Below, piece by piece: positions 30,401-39,029 of a DNA stretch of 39,029 nt (the stretch's first letter is position 1; every line of letters begins with the position of its first letter). Location of the stretch: NCBI GenBank assembly GCA_963765765.1, contig CAVXYC010000006.1:1-39029 (forward strand), written 5' to 3'. The translations under genes were made by a program, and so were the position numbers. Origin of the DNA: an uncultured Chloroflexia bacterium (GTDB lineage Bacteria; Chloroflexota; UBA6077; JACCZL01). Below the pieces are notes generated by a model. The model was not told the origin of the DNA, searched no databases, and worked only from the letters and a program-made list of their open reading frames with translations.

Positions 30401-31526
30401 TTATTCATCCGCCAAGTCGTCAGAGATCTCGGCCGGCAGCAATACGACATCGTGATACGCAACCGAGAGCTCAACGGTCTGACCGACCTCCTCCCTAATG
30501 GGGTCCATGGACAGGAACTCGAGCGAGAAGGGGACGATCCCGGAAGCTAGGTTGACCCGATATCGCCAGATTTCACCGAGGAAGGTGGCTCGCTCAAGCG
30601 TGCCGCGCACGTGGTTCGCGCCTGACGCTGATGTCTGCGCAGACCGAACCTGACTTGGCCGAATCCCGATACGGACATCATCACCGAAGGATGGAGTCAG
30701 AGCTCCGTTCGATCGAGACAACACACTCAGTGCTCCGTCCGCGACCTTGACCTGGACTATGTCACCGTCGACAGCGGTCACCACCCCGTTGAAGACATTC
30801 ACATCGCCTAGGAACTGCGCAACGAACGAGTTGCGGGGTCTCGTATACAGATCGATCGGCGCCCCTTCCTGGACGACGACTCCTTCATTCATCACAATGA
30901 CCCGCTCTGCCATTACAAGCGCGTCGAGCCGGTCATGTGTCACGTAGATGCCCGGCGACTCCGAGCTTCTTGGTGAGATCCCGAATCAGTACGCGCATAG
31001 AGTCACGCAGGCGCGCATCCAGATTGCTTAAAGGCTCATCAAAAAGGATGAGTGCTGGCTCAGCTACTAGTGCCCGCGCCAGCGCCACGCGTTGCTGTTG
31101 CCCACCACTGAGCTGATGCGGATAGGCGTCAACCTTCTCAGAGAGCTCGAGCAGCGCGAGTATCTCCTGCACCCGGTACTTGATCGCGCCTCCTGGAAGT
31201 CGCTGTATCTTTAGCGCGTACGCAACGTTGTCAAATACGGTCATATGCGGCCAAAGCGCGTATGACTGAAATACCATCCCGATGTTTCGTTCAGACGGCG
31301 GCACCGAGTCCTTGGGCGTGCTCACAACGATGTCGGCCAGACGGATTTCTCCGTCAGTCACAGACTCCAGACCGGCGATGCAGCGCAGGGCAGTCGTTTT
31401 CCCTGAACCGCTGGGCCCAAGGATTGCCACGAACTCCCCATCGCCGATCTCAAAGCTGATTCCGTCGAGTGCGTGCGTTCGGGACTGCGGATACTGTTTG
31501 ACGACGTTGGAGACGCTGACCAGCAT
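30401..31526 (-). CDS. ABC transporter ATP-binding protein (FbpC/PotA-like, TOBE domain); frameshift near 30950
   Basis: GPSGSGKT, FQSYALWPHM, LSGGQQQR, DEPLSNLD and VTHD. Confidence 0.92.
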
Positions 31527-31536
31527 GGATTGCCGC

Positions 31537-32752
31537 CTACTTGCCGAGCACGACTTTGTTGAACTCGGCGATGTATGCCGTGCGCTCTTCATCCGACGGG
31601 ATGTTCTTGATGGTCACCATCCCCTTCGGCCCCTCATACCACGGTAGCTTGGTTACAGCCCGACCGTCGATCGCCTTCGGGTTCGCCGGGACCTGGCCGA
31701 TCTTGGTGGCGATCAGCGATTGGGACTCGGCGCTGGTGAGCCACTCGAGGAGCAATCGACCCGCTGCGGAGCGCTTTGCCTGCTTCACCAGTCCTACCGT
31801 GCTGTAACTGGCCGGGGCTGGATTTGCGTACACGTAGGCAATCGGCGCACCCTGCGCGATGATTGGGTCCAGGGTGAAGTCGGCAGTCCAGCCCGCCACA
31901 ATCTCACCTGCCGCTACCGCGTTACCGACCGGCCCGCTGCTCTGATACATCTTGGGTTTTAGGGCGGCCAGACGCTTGAGGTACACATCGGACCAGGTGG
32001 CGGCGCCGAAATGGTCGCGCATCGTCATCTGGGCATTCACGGCGCCACCAACGACATTGGGATCGCTCATCCCGAATTTGTCGGTCCATTTAGGATCAAA
32101 CACCGTTGACCAGTCACGCAGCTTCTGGCCATCTTCCGCTGTGACGAGGTTGGTGTTGTAAAGGAAGACCAGGCTGCCGGCGCTGATCGATACGCCCCAG
32201 GGCTGGTTTGCCGTTCCGGTCCGTCGAGTACTCCGTCGCGACAGCTACCGGGGTGTACGGCTCGATATAGCCCTGATCGATGAGCTGCTTGAAGGTTCCT
32301 GGGTCGCTGAGCGAAATGACGTCCGGCGGATCCCCACGCTGCAGGTCCGCGTAGAACCGCTCAACGAGCGGCGCGGCGGTAAGTTGGAGCATCGTCACCG
32401 GAACCCCGTACTGGGCGGTGAACGTTTCGAACACACTGGGCAACGTTTGATCCAGGACGGGGGTGAAGTACTTCACGCCACCTTCCGCCTTCGCTGCGGC
32501 AGCAAGAGCGGCTATGTCGGTCGTGCTGGCGGCGGCCGGCTTCGCCGCCGCGGGTGGGGCGCTCACTGCAGTTGGTGCAGGTGCCGATGTGTCCGCCTTT
32601 GGTGGAGCTGCCGCCGTTGGTATGCTCGGCGGCACCGTCGCAGCCGGGGCAGCCCCACCTGAACACGCCGTGGCGAATACCAGAACGAGTAGCGTTGCCA
32701 GATAACGTCCGTGTCGCCCGGCCGCCGTTGACCGCGCAGAAGTCTTGAGCAT
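31537..32752 (-). CDS. ABC substrate-binding lipoprotein (FbpA/AfuA-like); frameshifts near 32200 and 32110
   Basis: Lipobox FATAC, Pro/Ala linker, AAKAEG, YNTNLV, DPKW and AGRLLLEWLTS. Confidence 0.85.
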
Positions 32753-32790
32753 GTCTACCCTCGTTTCTCCTTGTGAACCGTGGCGGCCGG

Positions 32791-34014
32791 TCACGAAGCC
32801 GCGGCCTGACCCCGCCGTAAGCTGGCGGGTTTGAGCGGATCTGTCTCTACGTTGTAGGCGCCAATCTCCGGCTCGCTGTACCCGAGCTCGCGGAGGAGCG
32901 CATCGGTGTCATCCCCGAGGAGCGGGGCGGGGGCTCGAACGCCGGCCGGGGTCTCGCTCAAATTGACGCCACTCCCAACCATTGCCTCGTCCTGCCCGAA
33001 CGGATTCTGGATGTGGGCAAGCATGCCCAGCTCCTGAACCAGCGGATCGTGGAACACATCGCCCAGCATGTTGACCGGAGCACATGGAACGTCGTGTTCA
33101 TCCAGGCGTGCTAACCAGTAGTCGCGCGATTGCGTCTTGACGTGCTCGGCCAGCACTGCATGGAGCTGCTCGTAATTCTTCTCGCGCCCGTCTTTGTCCT
33201 GGAAGCGCGGGTCCTCGCGTAACTGCTCTTGCTCCAGCGCAGCTGTCACTGAGAACCACGTCTTCGGCGGCGAGGGCGGCACGTGGATGGCCATGGGTAG
33301 GTCATCGCCGCAGATGAAGAGGAAACCCGCGGTGCGTAGCGACGCCGAGGGGCGACCGGCTCGCTCAGCATTGAACTGGGCCGCGAAGTTGGAGCCCGAA
33401 AATGCGATCGATGCCTGGAGCAGCGAAGTCGACACGTACTGGCCGCGCCCCGTTCGCTCTCGTGCTATCAATGCGCCCAGGACGCCGTAACATGCATACA
33501 GTCCGGCGAGCTGGTCTGATAGCAACGAACGAATGCGCACGGGTTTGTCAAAGTCTGTCGTGATGAGGCTCAGGAGTCCTGAGAGCGCTTGCGCGGTGGT
33601 ATCAAACGCGGGGCGGTCCAACGTGCGGCCCTGCTCGCCGAGGCCGCTGAGCGAACAATAGACCAGTCGGGGAAACCGCTCTCGAAGCTGCTCGTAGCCA
33701 ATCCCCAGTTTCAGCCGTGACCGCGGTCGTATGCTCGTCACAAGTGCGTCAGATGTCGCCAGCAGTCGATCGAAGATCTCGGATCCGCGACTGGCGTTAA
33801 AATCCAGAAACAGGCTCTTCTTGTTCCGATTGATCGCTGCGAATCCGGTGCTGTAGCCGGTGTCGTTTTCTCTGAAGCGATTAGGATCTCCCAGTGGCGG
33901 GGCCTCCACTTTGATCACCTCGGCACCGAGATCGGAGAGCAGCATGGTCGAGTACGGACCTGCCACAAAGCTGGTCATGTCGAGAACCCGGATGCCGCTG
34001 AGAGCACCTTCCAT
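32791..34014 (-). CDS. CaiB/BaiF family III CoA-transferase
   Basis: ALSGIRVLD, LSDLGAEVIKVE, NRNKKS, AFD, ARERTGRGQ and APLLGDDT. Confidence 0.93.
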   Translation of the reverse strand: MEGALSGIRVLDMTSFVAGPYSTMLLSDLGAEVIKVEAPPLGDPNRFRENDTGYSTGFAAINRNKKSLFLDFNASRGSEIFDRLLATSDALVTSIRPRSRLKLGIGYEQLRERFPRLVYCSLSGLGEQGRTLDRPAFDTTAQALSGLLSLITTDFDKPVRIRSLLSDQLAGLYACYGVLGALIARERTGRGQYVSTSLLQASIAFSGSNFAAQFNAERAGRPSASLRTAGFLFICGDDLPMAIHVPPSPPKTWFSVTAALEQEQLREDPRFQDKDGREKNYEQLHAVLAEHVKTQSRDYWLARLDEHDVPCAPVNMLGDVFHDPLVQELGMLAHIQNPFGQDEAMVGSGVNLSETPAGVRAPAPLLGDDTDALLRELGYSEPEIGAYNVETDPLKPASLRRGQAAAS

Positions 34015-34144
34015 ATCAGGAAGCCCGCGCCTGACAACGTCGAGGATCGACTACCCCCAACGGTCCCACTAGCCGAATCAGAGACATCACTGTTCCTCCT
34101 TCATGACCGCGTCAATCACCGTGAACCGACTTGTGAGATCTGGA

Positions 34145-35005
34145 TCAATCGATCGAGGCCTCTTCCGTGGATGGCGGGTAATTGCCCCGAAATCCGAGCT
34201 CCTGCGAGATAGCGACCGCGGCGGCTCGAACGTGCCCCTCAAATCGATCCATGGCGTCATTCGTCAGCCGCTCGCCCGGACCAACGAGTGCGAGGGCCCC
34301 GCACAGGTCACCTGAATCATCGAACAGACCTGCAGCCATTGATCCGCTCCCCGGAACGCGCTCGCCCCACGTGCGAACGAAGCCGGATGCGCGGATTGAC
34401 CCAAGGTCGCAATTGAGTTGAGCAATCCGTGCTGAATCGTGCAGCCTCACGGCCTCGTCCATGACCTGCTGCGCCAGACTCGGAGGCATGAATGCGAGCA
34501 TCACGCGATTGGTGGCTCCTAGTGCCGCCACGGGAAACCCATCACCCACGCGCACGACGTACCGCAGAGGATCATCGCTTTCTACGCGGGCGAGAACTAC
34601 ATTCGTCGCCCCGACCGGAGCGCTCAGCACAGCGGTTTCATTCGTAAGATCTCGGAGCTGTTTCAGATATGGCAGGACTAGAGACGGCAGGTCGAACGAG
34701 TCTCGTTGGGCGCTAGCCAGGGCTAGGAGCTGCGATCCGAGGCGGTATCTCCGAGTCAACGGATCCTGGGCCACCACGCGATGCTTGAGCATCGTGGACA
34801 GGATTCGGCTGGCCGAGCTTGCGCTGCAGCGCGCACGGAGCGTCAACTGTTGCAGAGTCGGCGGCTCATTGGTGTCCGCCAGCGCGAGCAACAAGAGCAT
34901 CGCCCGCTCCACGCTCTGGACGTTGCCGCCCATGTGAGCCTCAAGGCTTGGTGCCAGAGGCCACGAGGCGCTGCCGTCGGTACCGTTGCTGGGCGGCCGA
35001 CTCAA
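34145..35005 (-). CDS. IclR family transcriptional regulator
   Basis: VQSVERA, HTH, RYRLG and L..TNET, plus an IclR effector domain; alternative start at about 34933. Confidence 0.92.
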   Translation of the reverse strand: MSRPPSNGTDGSASWPLAPSLEAHMGGNVQSVERAMLLLLALADTNEPPTLQQLTLRARCSASSASRILSTMLKHRVVAQDPLTRRYRLGSQLLALASAQRDSFDLPSLVLPYLKQLRDLTNETAVLSAPVGATNVVLARVESDDPLRYVVRVGDGFPVAALGATNRVMLAFMPPSLAQQVMDEAVRLHDSARIAQLNCDLGSIRASGFVRTWGERVPGSGSMAAGLFDDSGDLCGALALVGPGERLTNDAMDRFEGHVRAAAVAISQELGFRGNYPPSTEEASID

Positions 35006-35863
35006 ACTGGAACACCCAGGAGCTTGGATGCATTGTCGAGCATAATTTTCTGGCGGACTTCGGGCTTGAGCGGTATCGACTCAAACTCCTCAAGCCAACG
35101 GTCCGTGGAGATCGCGGGCCAGTCGGAGCCGAAGAGACATTTGTCCTGCAGAATCGACCCTGCGTAGTGAACGAGCTCCTCGGGGAAGTACTTGGGCGCC
35201 CAGCCCGAGAGATCGATAAAGAAGTTCGATTTGTGCCGAGCAATGGCCAGGCTCTCGTCCTGCCACGGCCAGGACGGGTGCGCGCCGATGACTTTGAGCT
35301 CCGGGATATCGGCCACAATGTCATCCAGATATGGGATCGGTTGCCCGTATTTGAGCTTATAGCCCATCCCGCCCGGCGGTGCCCGCGCCAGCACCCATCA
35401 TGCCGCCGTGGAAGAGAACGACTAGACCGTGTCGAGCTGCTTCCTCCCACAATGGATAGAACTCGGGCTCATTGGGAAAGAAATGCTGCCGCCCAGGGTT
35501 GAGCTCACCAATCCCCTTCAGTCCGAGCTCCTCCGCGCAACGACGAATCTCGTCTTTCGCGAGCTTGCCCTGACGCGGGTCGATTGCGCCCATTCCCATA
35601 AACACATCAGGGTGTTTGCGTACCGCATCGGCAATGTGATCGTTAGGAACGGGTTGGACACCCGAGGTGGTGACGTCCGTGCTGTTCACCAGGACCGCCA
35701 TCATCTGGCGAGCTCGATATTGGTCCGCGAGCTCGTTAACTGATGTCGCCGAACGCTCGTGTCCGAAATACTTGGCCATTTGTTCGGCGCGCGGGCCTTT
35801 GGCGGCGATTGCCAATACATCGTTGAGATGGACGTGGACGTCGATCGCCTGAATTGCCACCAA
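35002..35863 (-). CDS. Amidohydrolase, CouO-like paralog; frameshift near 35390
   Basis: AIDVHVH, FHGG, AHPSWPWQDE, IDLSGWAPKYFP and LFGSDWP. Confidence 0.88.
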
Positions 35864-35903
35864 CTACCCCCTGAGCATGTCCGTACCGCGTTGCGGGACA
35901 TTA

Positions 35904-35948
35904 TTGCGGAATGCGCAAAGGCTAGCCCCAGGTTTAAGGAGATGTCAA
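35904..35948 (-). promoter_or_regulatory. Sigma70 promoter of the catabolic operon with candidate IclR operator
   Basis: Minus strand TTGACA (35948-35943)-N18-TAGCCT (35924-35919), immediately followed by the 15-bp imperfect palindrome TTGCGCATTCCGCAA (35918-35904). Confidence 0.6.
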
Positions 35949-36148
35949 GAATTAGTTGCCGCTGAGCCGGTCAACGCAACTATATTGTTCGCTTGGTATG
36001 TGCCGGTGGAACCCAGTTGGTCCAGAACCGCGTTGGGCCATTTCAGGGAAGCGCGCTCGTTCGATTTGGCAGTGGCCCGTGTTTTTGGGAAGTTCAAGCT
36101 GACGGGTCGTGGAGCCACGCTCCACGATAGGGGCGCATGTGTCCAAGA

Positions 36149-36476
36149 TCATGAAGTGGCTCCTAACCCGATGAGATCGTCGGTACGTCGCGGGTCGCGG
36201 CGCAGTTCGGCCACGAGGTGGGCGGCTTCGGACTTGGCTTCCCGCTCGCAGCGCGCGTTGGATGGGTTCGGCTCGCCCCGGCGCATCTGCACAAGATGCT
36301 GGACCTCGTGCAGGCTCGTCTCGGCCAGCTCCCAGAACGCCTCGCGGCCAACCGCCAGGTTCACCGTGGACAGGTCGCACGTGCAGGTGAAGCCGTTCCA
36401 GTCGGGGCGATGGTCCGAATTGGAGTAAGTCCGCCGCAAAGACAAGAGACGTCGAAGTTCGAATGGCCAAGCAATA
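36149..36476 (-). pseudogene. HExxH-containing ORF fragment adjacent to repeat B
   Basis: LAETSLHEVQHLVQ...EREA zincin-like motif; its 5' end runs into the repeat boundary. Confidence 0.4.
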
Positions 36477-36637
36477 GTCATCCCGATGCATATTGCCCGG
36501 TAAATGAAAACCGTGGTCGGCCGTTCCGTTCCAGGTGGCGGTAGCGCTGTAAACGGAGCGGGCGCGTGGCTGTCAAGTCTCGGAGTGCTGCCAGCAGTGG
36601 TGCCGATAACCACGTCCTTGGGTCATTATCTGGAACC
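36477..36637 (+). repeat. Repeat copy B (direct orientation to copy A)
   Basis: Identical 25-bp end (36477-36501), TTCCGTTCCAGGTGGCGGTAGCGCTGTAA, TGTCAAG, then GGTGCCGATAA-N16-TTATCTGGAACC (36599-36637). Confidence 0.85.
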
Positions 36638-36677
36638 AGAGGGATTGACTCAGAGAGCAAGCCCAAAGCCCCTCGTT

Positions 36678-36980
36678 CCTATCGACGTAGCCGGCCGCGC
36701 GGCGGTACAGCGCGGGTCGATCCACGCCATGAGCGAGCAGCCCGCCGGCCGCCGCCAGTGGGCGGTTCGCCGAGCTCATCGGCAGCCGATGCCGCCGGGC
36801 CAGCCCGCCCACTCTGGACGCACTGCTCACCAGCACGGGGTTGTCGATCAGGAAGAGCCCGTTAACCCGTTCCGCCGCCGCAAGTTCGAGGGCCTTGCAG
36901 CTCGACAGTACGCCAAGACCGGCCAGGGCCATACCTGCCCGAAGGAAATCGCGCCGCTCTAGGGATTGGAACGAGATCAC
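36678..36980 (-). pseudogene. Internally deleted, 3'-truncated ABC substrate-binding protein (ABC_sub_bind family)
   Basis: Tat lipoprotein leader RRDFL...LSSC is fused directly to the C-terminal-domain segment (GGLLAHG..RRAAGYVDR); homology stops about 40 bp from repeat B. Confidence 0.8.
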
Positions 36981-37996
36981 TGGATCAGTTCAGTCGCCTG
37001 GTTCACCACGGATGCGGGTATCGTGAGTCCGAGGGCCTGGGCGGTCTTGAGATTGATGACCAGGTCGAACTCGGTGGGCTGCTCCACCGGCATCTCCGCG
37101 GGATCGGCGCCCTTGAGGATCCCGTCGGCATACGTGGCGACACGGCGGAATTGGGCGAGCCGCTTGGGCCCGTAGGAAATCAGCCCGCCCGCGTCGGGAA
37201 AGATGCGGTCTTGAGCCAGCACGGGCAGCCGGTGCGCTCTGGCGAATTCAACGATCCGCCCCACCTCACCGGCGAAAAGTGGTGACCCGCTCACCAGGAG
37301 TGCTTCGGCATGGTCCTCGACGGCCATCTCCAAGGCGGCTGCGAGATCGGCGGCGGTGATAATGTCCGGCGCCATGAGCTGCACGCCGAGCGACTGGGCG
37401 GCCTGCTCCACCTCCTGAAGACCGCCGGTAGACTGGGATGCGATCGCGTTGGTGAGAAACATGACCCGCGAGGCGCTCGGTGCGAGCTCCCGCAGCATCT
37501 GCAGGCGTTTCCCCATGGCCTGCGGCGTCTGGGCGCTCATCCCGGTTATGTTCCCGCCGGGCCGGGCCAGGCTGGCGACAAACCCAGTTCGGACTGGATC
37601 GGGCGCGGCGGCGAAGACGATCGGGATCGTGCGCGTGGCACCCACTACCGCCTGGGTGTACAACGTCCCGGCCGACACAATCAGGTCCACCGGGAGAGCC
37701 ACCAGCTCAGCGACCATGGCTGGAACCTGCTCCGACGACTCCGCCAGGCGTACCTCGATCGCGATGTTCTGGCCCTCCGTGTACCCCAGATCGCGCAGGC
37801 CTACGCGGAATGCCTCGAGCTCGGCTGTCGGCGCAGCGCTTGGCGCCAGGTACCCGATCCGAGGAACCTTCGTCCCGCCGGATGCGGACTGTCCTTGGAG
37901 CGACACAATTCCACAGCCAGAGAACAAATTAAGGCTCGCGAGGGCCAGGCCGCCCCGCAGGAAATCGCGCCGCTGTAGAGGGTGGAACAAGGTCAC
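36977..37996 (-). CDS. ABC substrate-binding lipoprotein (ABC_sub_bind/DUF534, putative Trp/Tyr-type), Tat signal
   Basis: RRDFL...LFSGC, PRIGYL, LGYTEGQNI, SLARPGGNITG, GGLISYG and PVEQPTEFDLVINLKTAQALG. Confidence 0.92.
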   Translation of the reverse strand: MTLFHPLQRRDFLRGGLALASLNLFSGCGIVSLQGQSASGGTKVPRIGYLAPSAAPTAELEAFRVGLRDLGYTEGQNIAIEVRLAESSEQVPAMVAELVALPVDLIVSAGTLYTQAVVGATRTIPIVFAAAPDPVRTGFVASLARPGGNITGMSAQTPQAMGKRLQMLRELAPSASRVMFLTNAIASQSTGGLQEVEQAAQSLGVQLMAPDIITAADLAAALEMAVEDHAEALLVSGSPLFAGEVGRIVEFARAHRLPVLAQDRIFPDAGGLISYGPKRLAQFRRVATYADGILKGADPAEMPVEQPTEFDLVINLKTAQALGLTIPASVVNQATELIQ

Positions 37997-39006
37997 TGGA
38001 TGATCTCGGTCGCCTCGGCCAAGATCGACGGAGGAATCGTCAGACCCAGCGCCTGTGCGGTCGTGAGATTGATCACCAGGTCGAATTTCTCCGGCCGCTC
38101 CACCGGTAGCTCCGCGGGATTGGCGCCCTTCAGAATCTTGTCCACATAGATCGCAGCGCGGCGCTCCAGGGCGGGACGACTTGCCCCGTAGGCGATCAGT
38201 CCACCGGCCGCCACAGATTCCCGAGTGGTCCAGATCATTGGCAACCGGTGCGCACGCGCCAGCCCGCCGACACGCGCCACGTTGCTAAGCAGCACAGCGC
38301 TGTCCAGTGGGGACAGTGCATCCACCCGCTCCTGCACCGCTCGCTCGAACGCGCCCTCCATGGTCGGCGGGCTCACGCACCTCCAGAGGCACCAGCTTCA
38401 GCCCCAGGGGGCCGGCCGCGGCCTCCACTACCTGCAACTGGGCGGGGGTGAAGGGGGAGTGCAGGGTTCCAGATAACGCCTACGCGTGACACCGACGGGA
38501 GTGCCGTTCGCAGGACTTCCAACCGCTTCCCAATCAGCTCGCGGGCGATGCTGGTCTGCCCGGTGACGTTGCCTCCTGGCCGTGCCAGACTGGCCACAAA
38601 GCCGGCCTCGACCGGGTCCTCCGTCTGTGCCATCACAATGGGGATGGTGCTGGTGGCACGCATCGCTTCCCGGAAGGGCTTCCCCCGGAGGCCACGATCA
38701 CGTCGACGGGTATGCTCACGAGCTCGGCGGCCAGCCCGGGGAGGCGATCGACCTGTCCGTCGGCGGGTCGCCACTCCACGGTGACCGTGCTGCCCTCAAC
38801 GTACCCCGAGCTCTGCCAGGCCCTCCCGAAAGGCGTCGGCCCATTCCTGTCCGCCGTTCCACAGGTAGCCGATACGAGGCGTCCGAACCGTCTGCTGGGA
38901 CCGGGGCGATACCAACCCGCAGCCGGCCAGCAGACCGAGGCCGGCCAGGGACAGGCCACCCCTCAGTAAGCGGCGACGGGTGCTGGATGGCCCGAGTTGG
39001 CGTCAT
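37993..39006 (-). CDS. ABC substrate-binding lipoprotein paralog with multiple frameshifts (error or pseudogene)
   Basis: Pieces in several frames: GYVEGSTVTVEWR, SLARPGGNVTG, GGLIAYG and PVERPEKFDLVINL. Confidence 0.8.
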
Positions 39007-39029
39007 GATGGCGCTAGTGTACGCCCGCG

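Noticed and set aside
36457-36464. GTTCGAAT near repeat B as a tRNA-derived attR
   Set aside because: Only an 8-bp match to the T-loop, and the following bases differ. No real duplication of the tRNA 3' end was seen in the window.
36474-36552. Minus-strand peptide YSAT.T.NG...PGNMHRDD shared by both repeat copies as a small gene
   Set aside because: Copy A has an internal TGA and there is no start or RBS; the similarity is explained by nucleotide conservation.
38465-38476. Third GGTTCCAGATAA arm matching the repeat
   Set aside because: It lies in SBP coding sequence (VIWNP on the minus strand) with no partner arm or other repeat blocks; likely coincidence.
6156-39006. Numerous frameshifts as programmed recoding or mass pseudogenisation
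   Set aside because: They hit housekeeping and accessory genes alike (pgm, mtnP, hydantoinases, ABC genes), often at short homopolymers, with intact motifs on both sides. This fits long-read indel error.
1-39029. CRISPR array, rRNA, intact integrase/transposase, and the many antisense or shadow ORFs in the track
   Set aside because: No regularly spaced repeats, rRNA or recombinase motifs were seen. The shadow ORFs overlap well-supported genes and are typical of high-GC DNA.

Overview
GC-rich bacterial DNA, probably Chloroflexota (inferred from a translin-family gene, Pro/Ala-rich lipoprotein linkers and extended -10 promoters). About a dozen genes carry single-base frameshifts, most likely long-read consensus errors. 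Bases 1-22,000 look like core chromosome: a Cu-storage four-helix protein, amidohydrolase, SirB1/TPR, an atypical IscU/NifU-N protein, an alpha/beta-hydrolase fold, rhodanese, an mtnP-pfkB-metK-SDR-pgm-GT-C operon, nadX, GHL10, translin, TauE, hydantoinase/oxoprolinase A/B and an EEP protein. tRNA-Asp(GTC) at 22070-22143 is followed by an accessory region. This holds an HTH gene fragment, an unnamed ~160-200 bp repeat (25-bp invariant end plus Xer/dif-like inverted arms 16 bp apart) present as two direct copies at 22418-22615 and 36477-36637, a symmetric dif-like site, and a 152-bp CTAG-flanked MITE. Between the two repeat copies lies a 14-kb all-minus-strand CoA-dependent catabolic cluster: two CouO-like hydrolases, IclR, two CaiB/BaiF CoA-transferases, an ABC importer, a thiolase-like/DUF35 pair, a metallophosphoesterase and an SDR. 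A tandem array of orphan Tat-lipoprotein ABC substrate-binding genes follows. The best candidate for an undescribed system is the repeat/dif-like cassette architecture at tRNA-Asp. No recombinase gene is present in the window, so the mechanism is inference.
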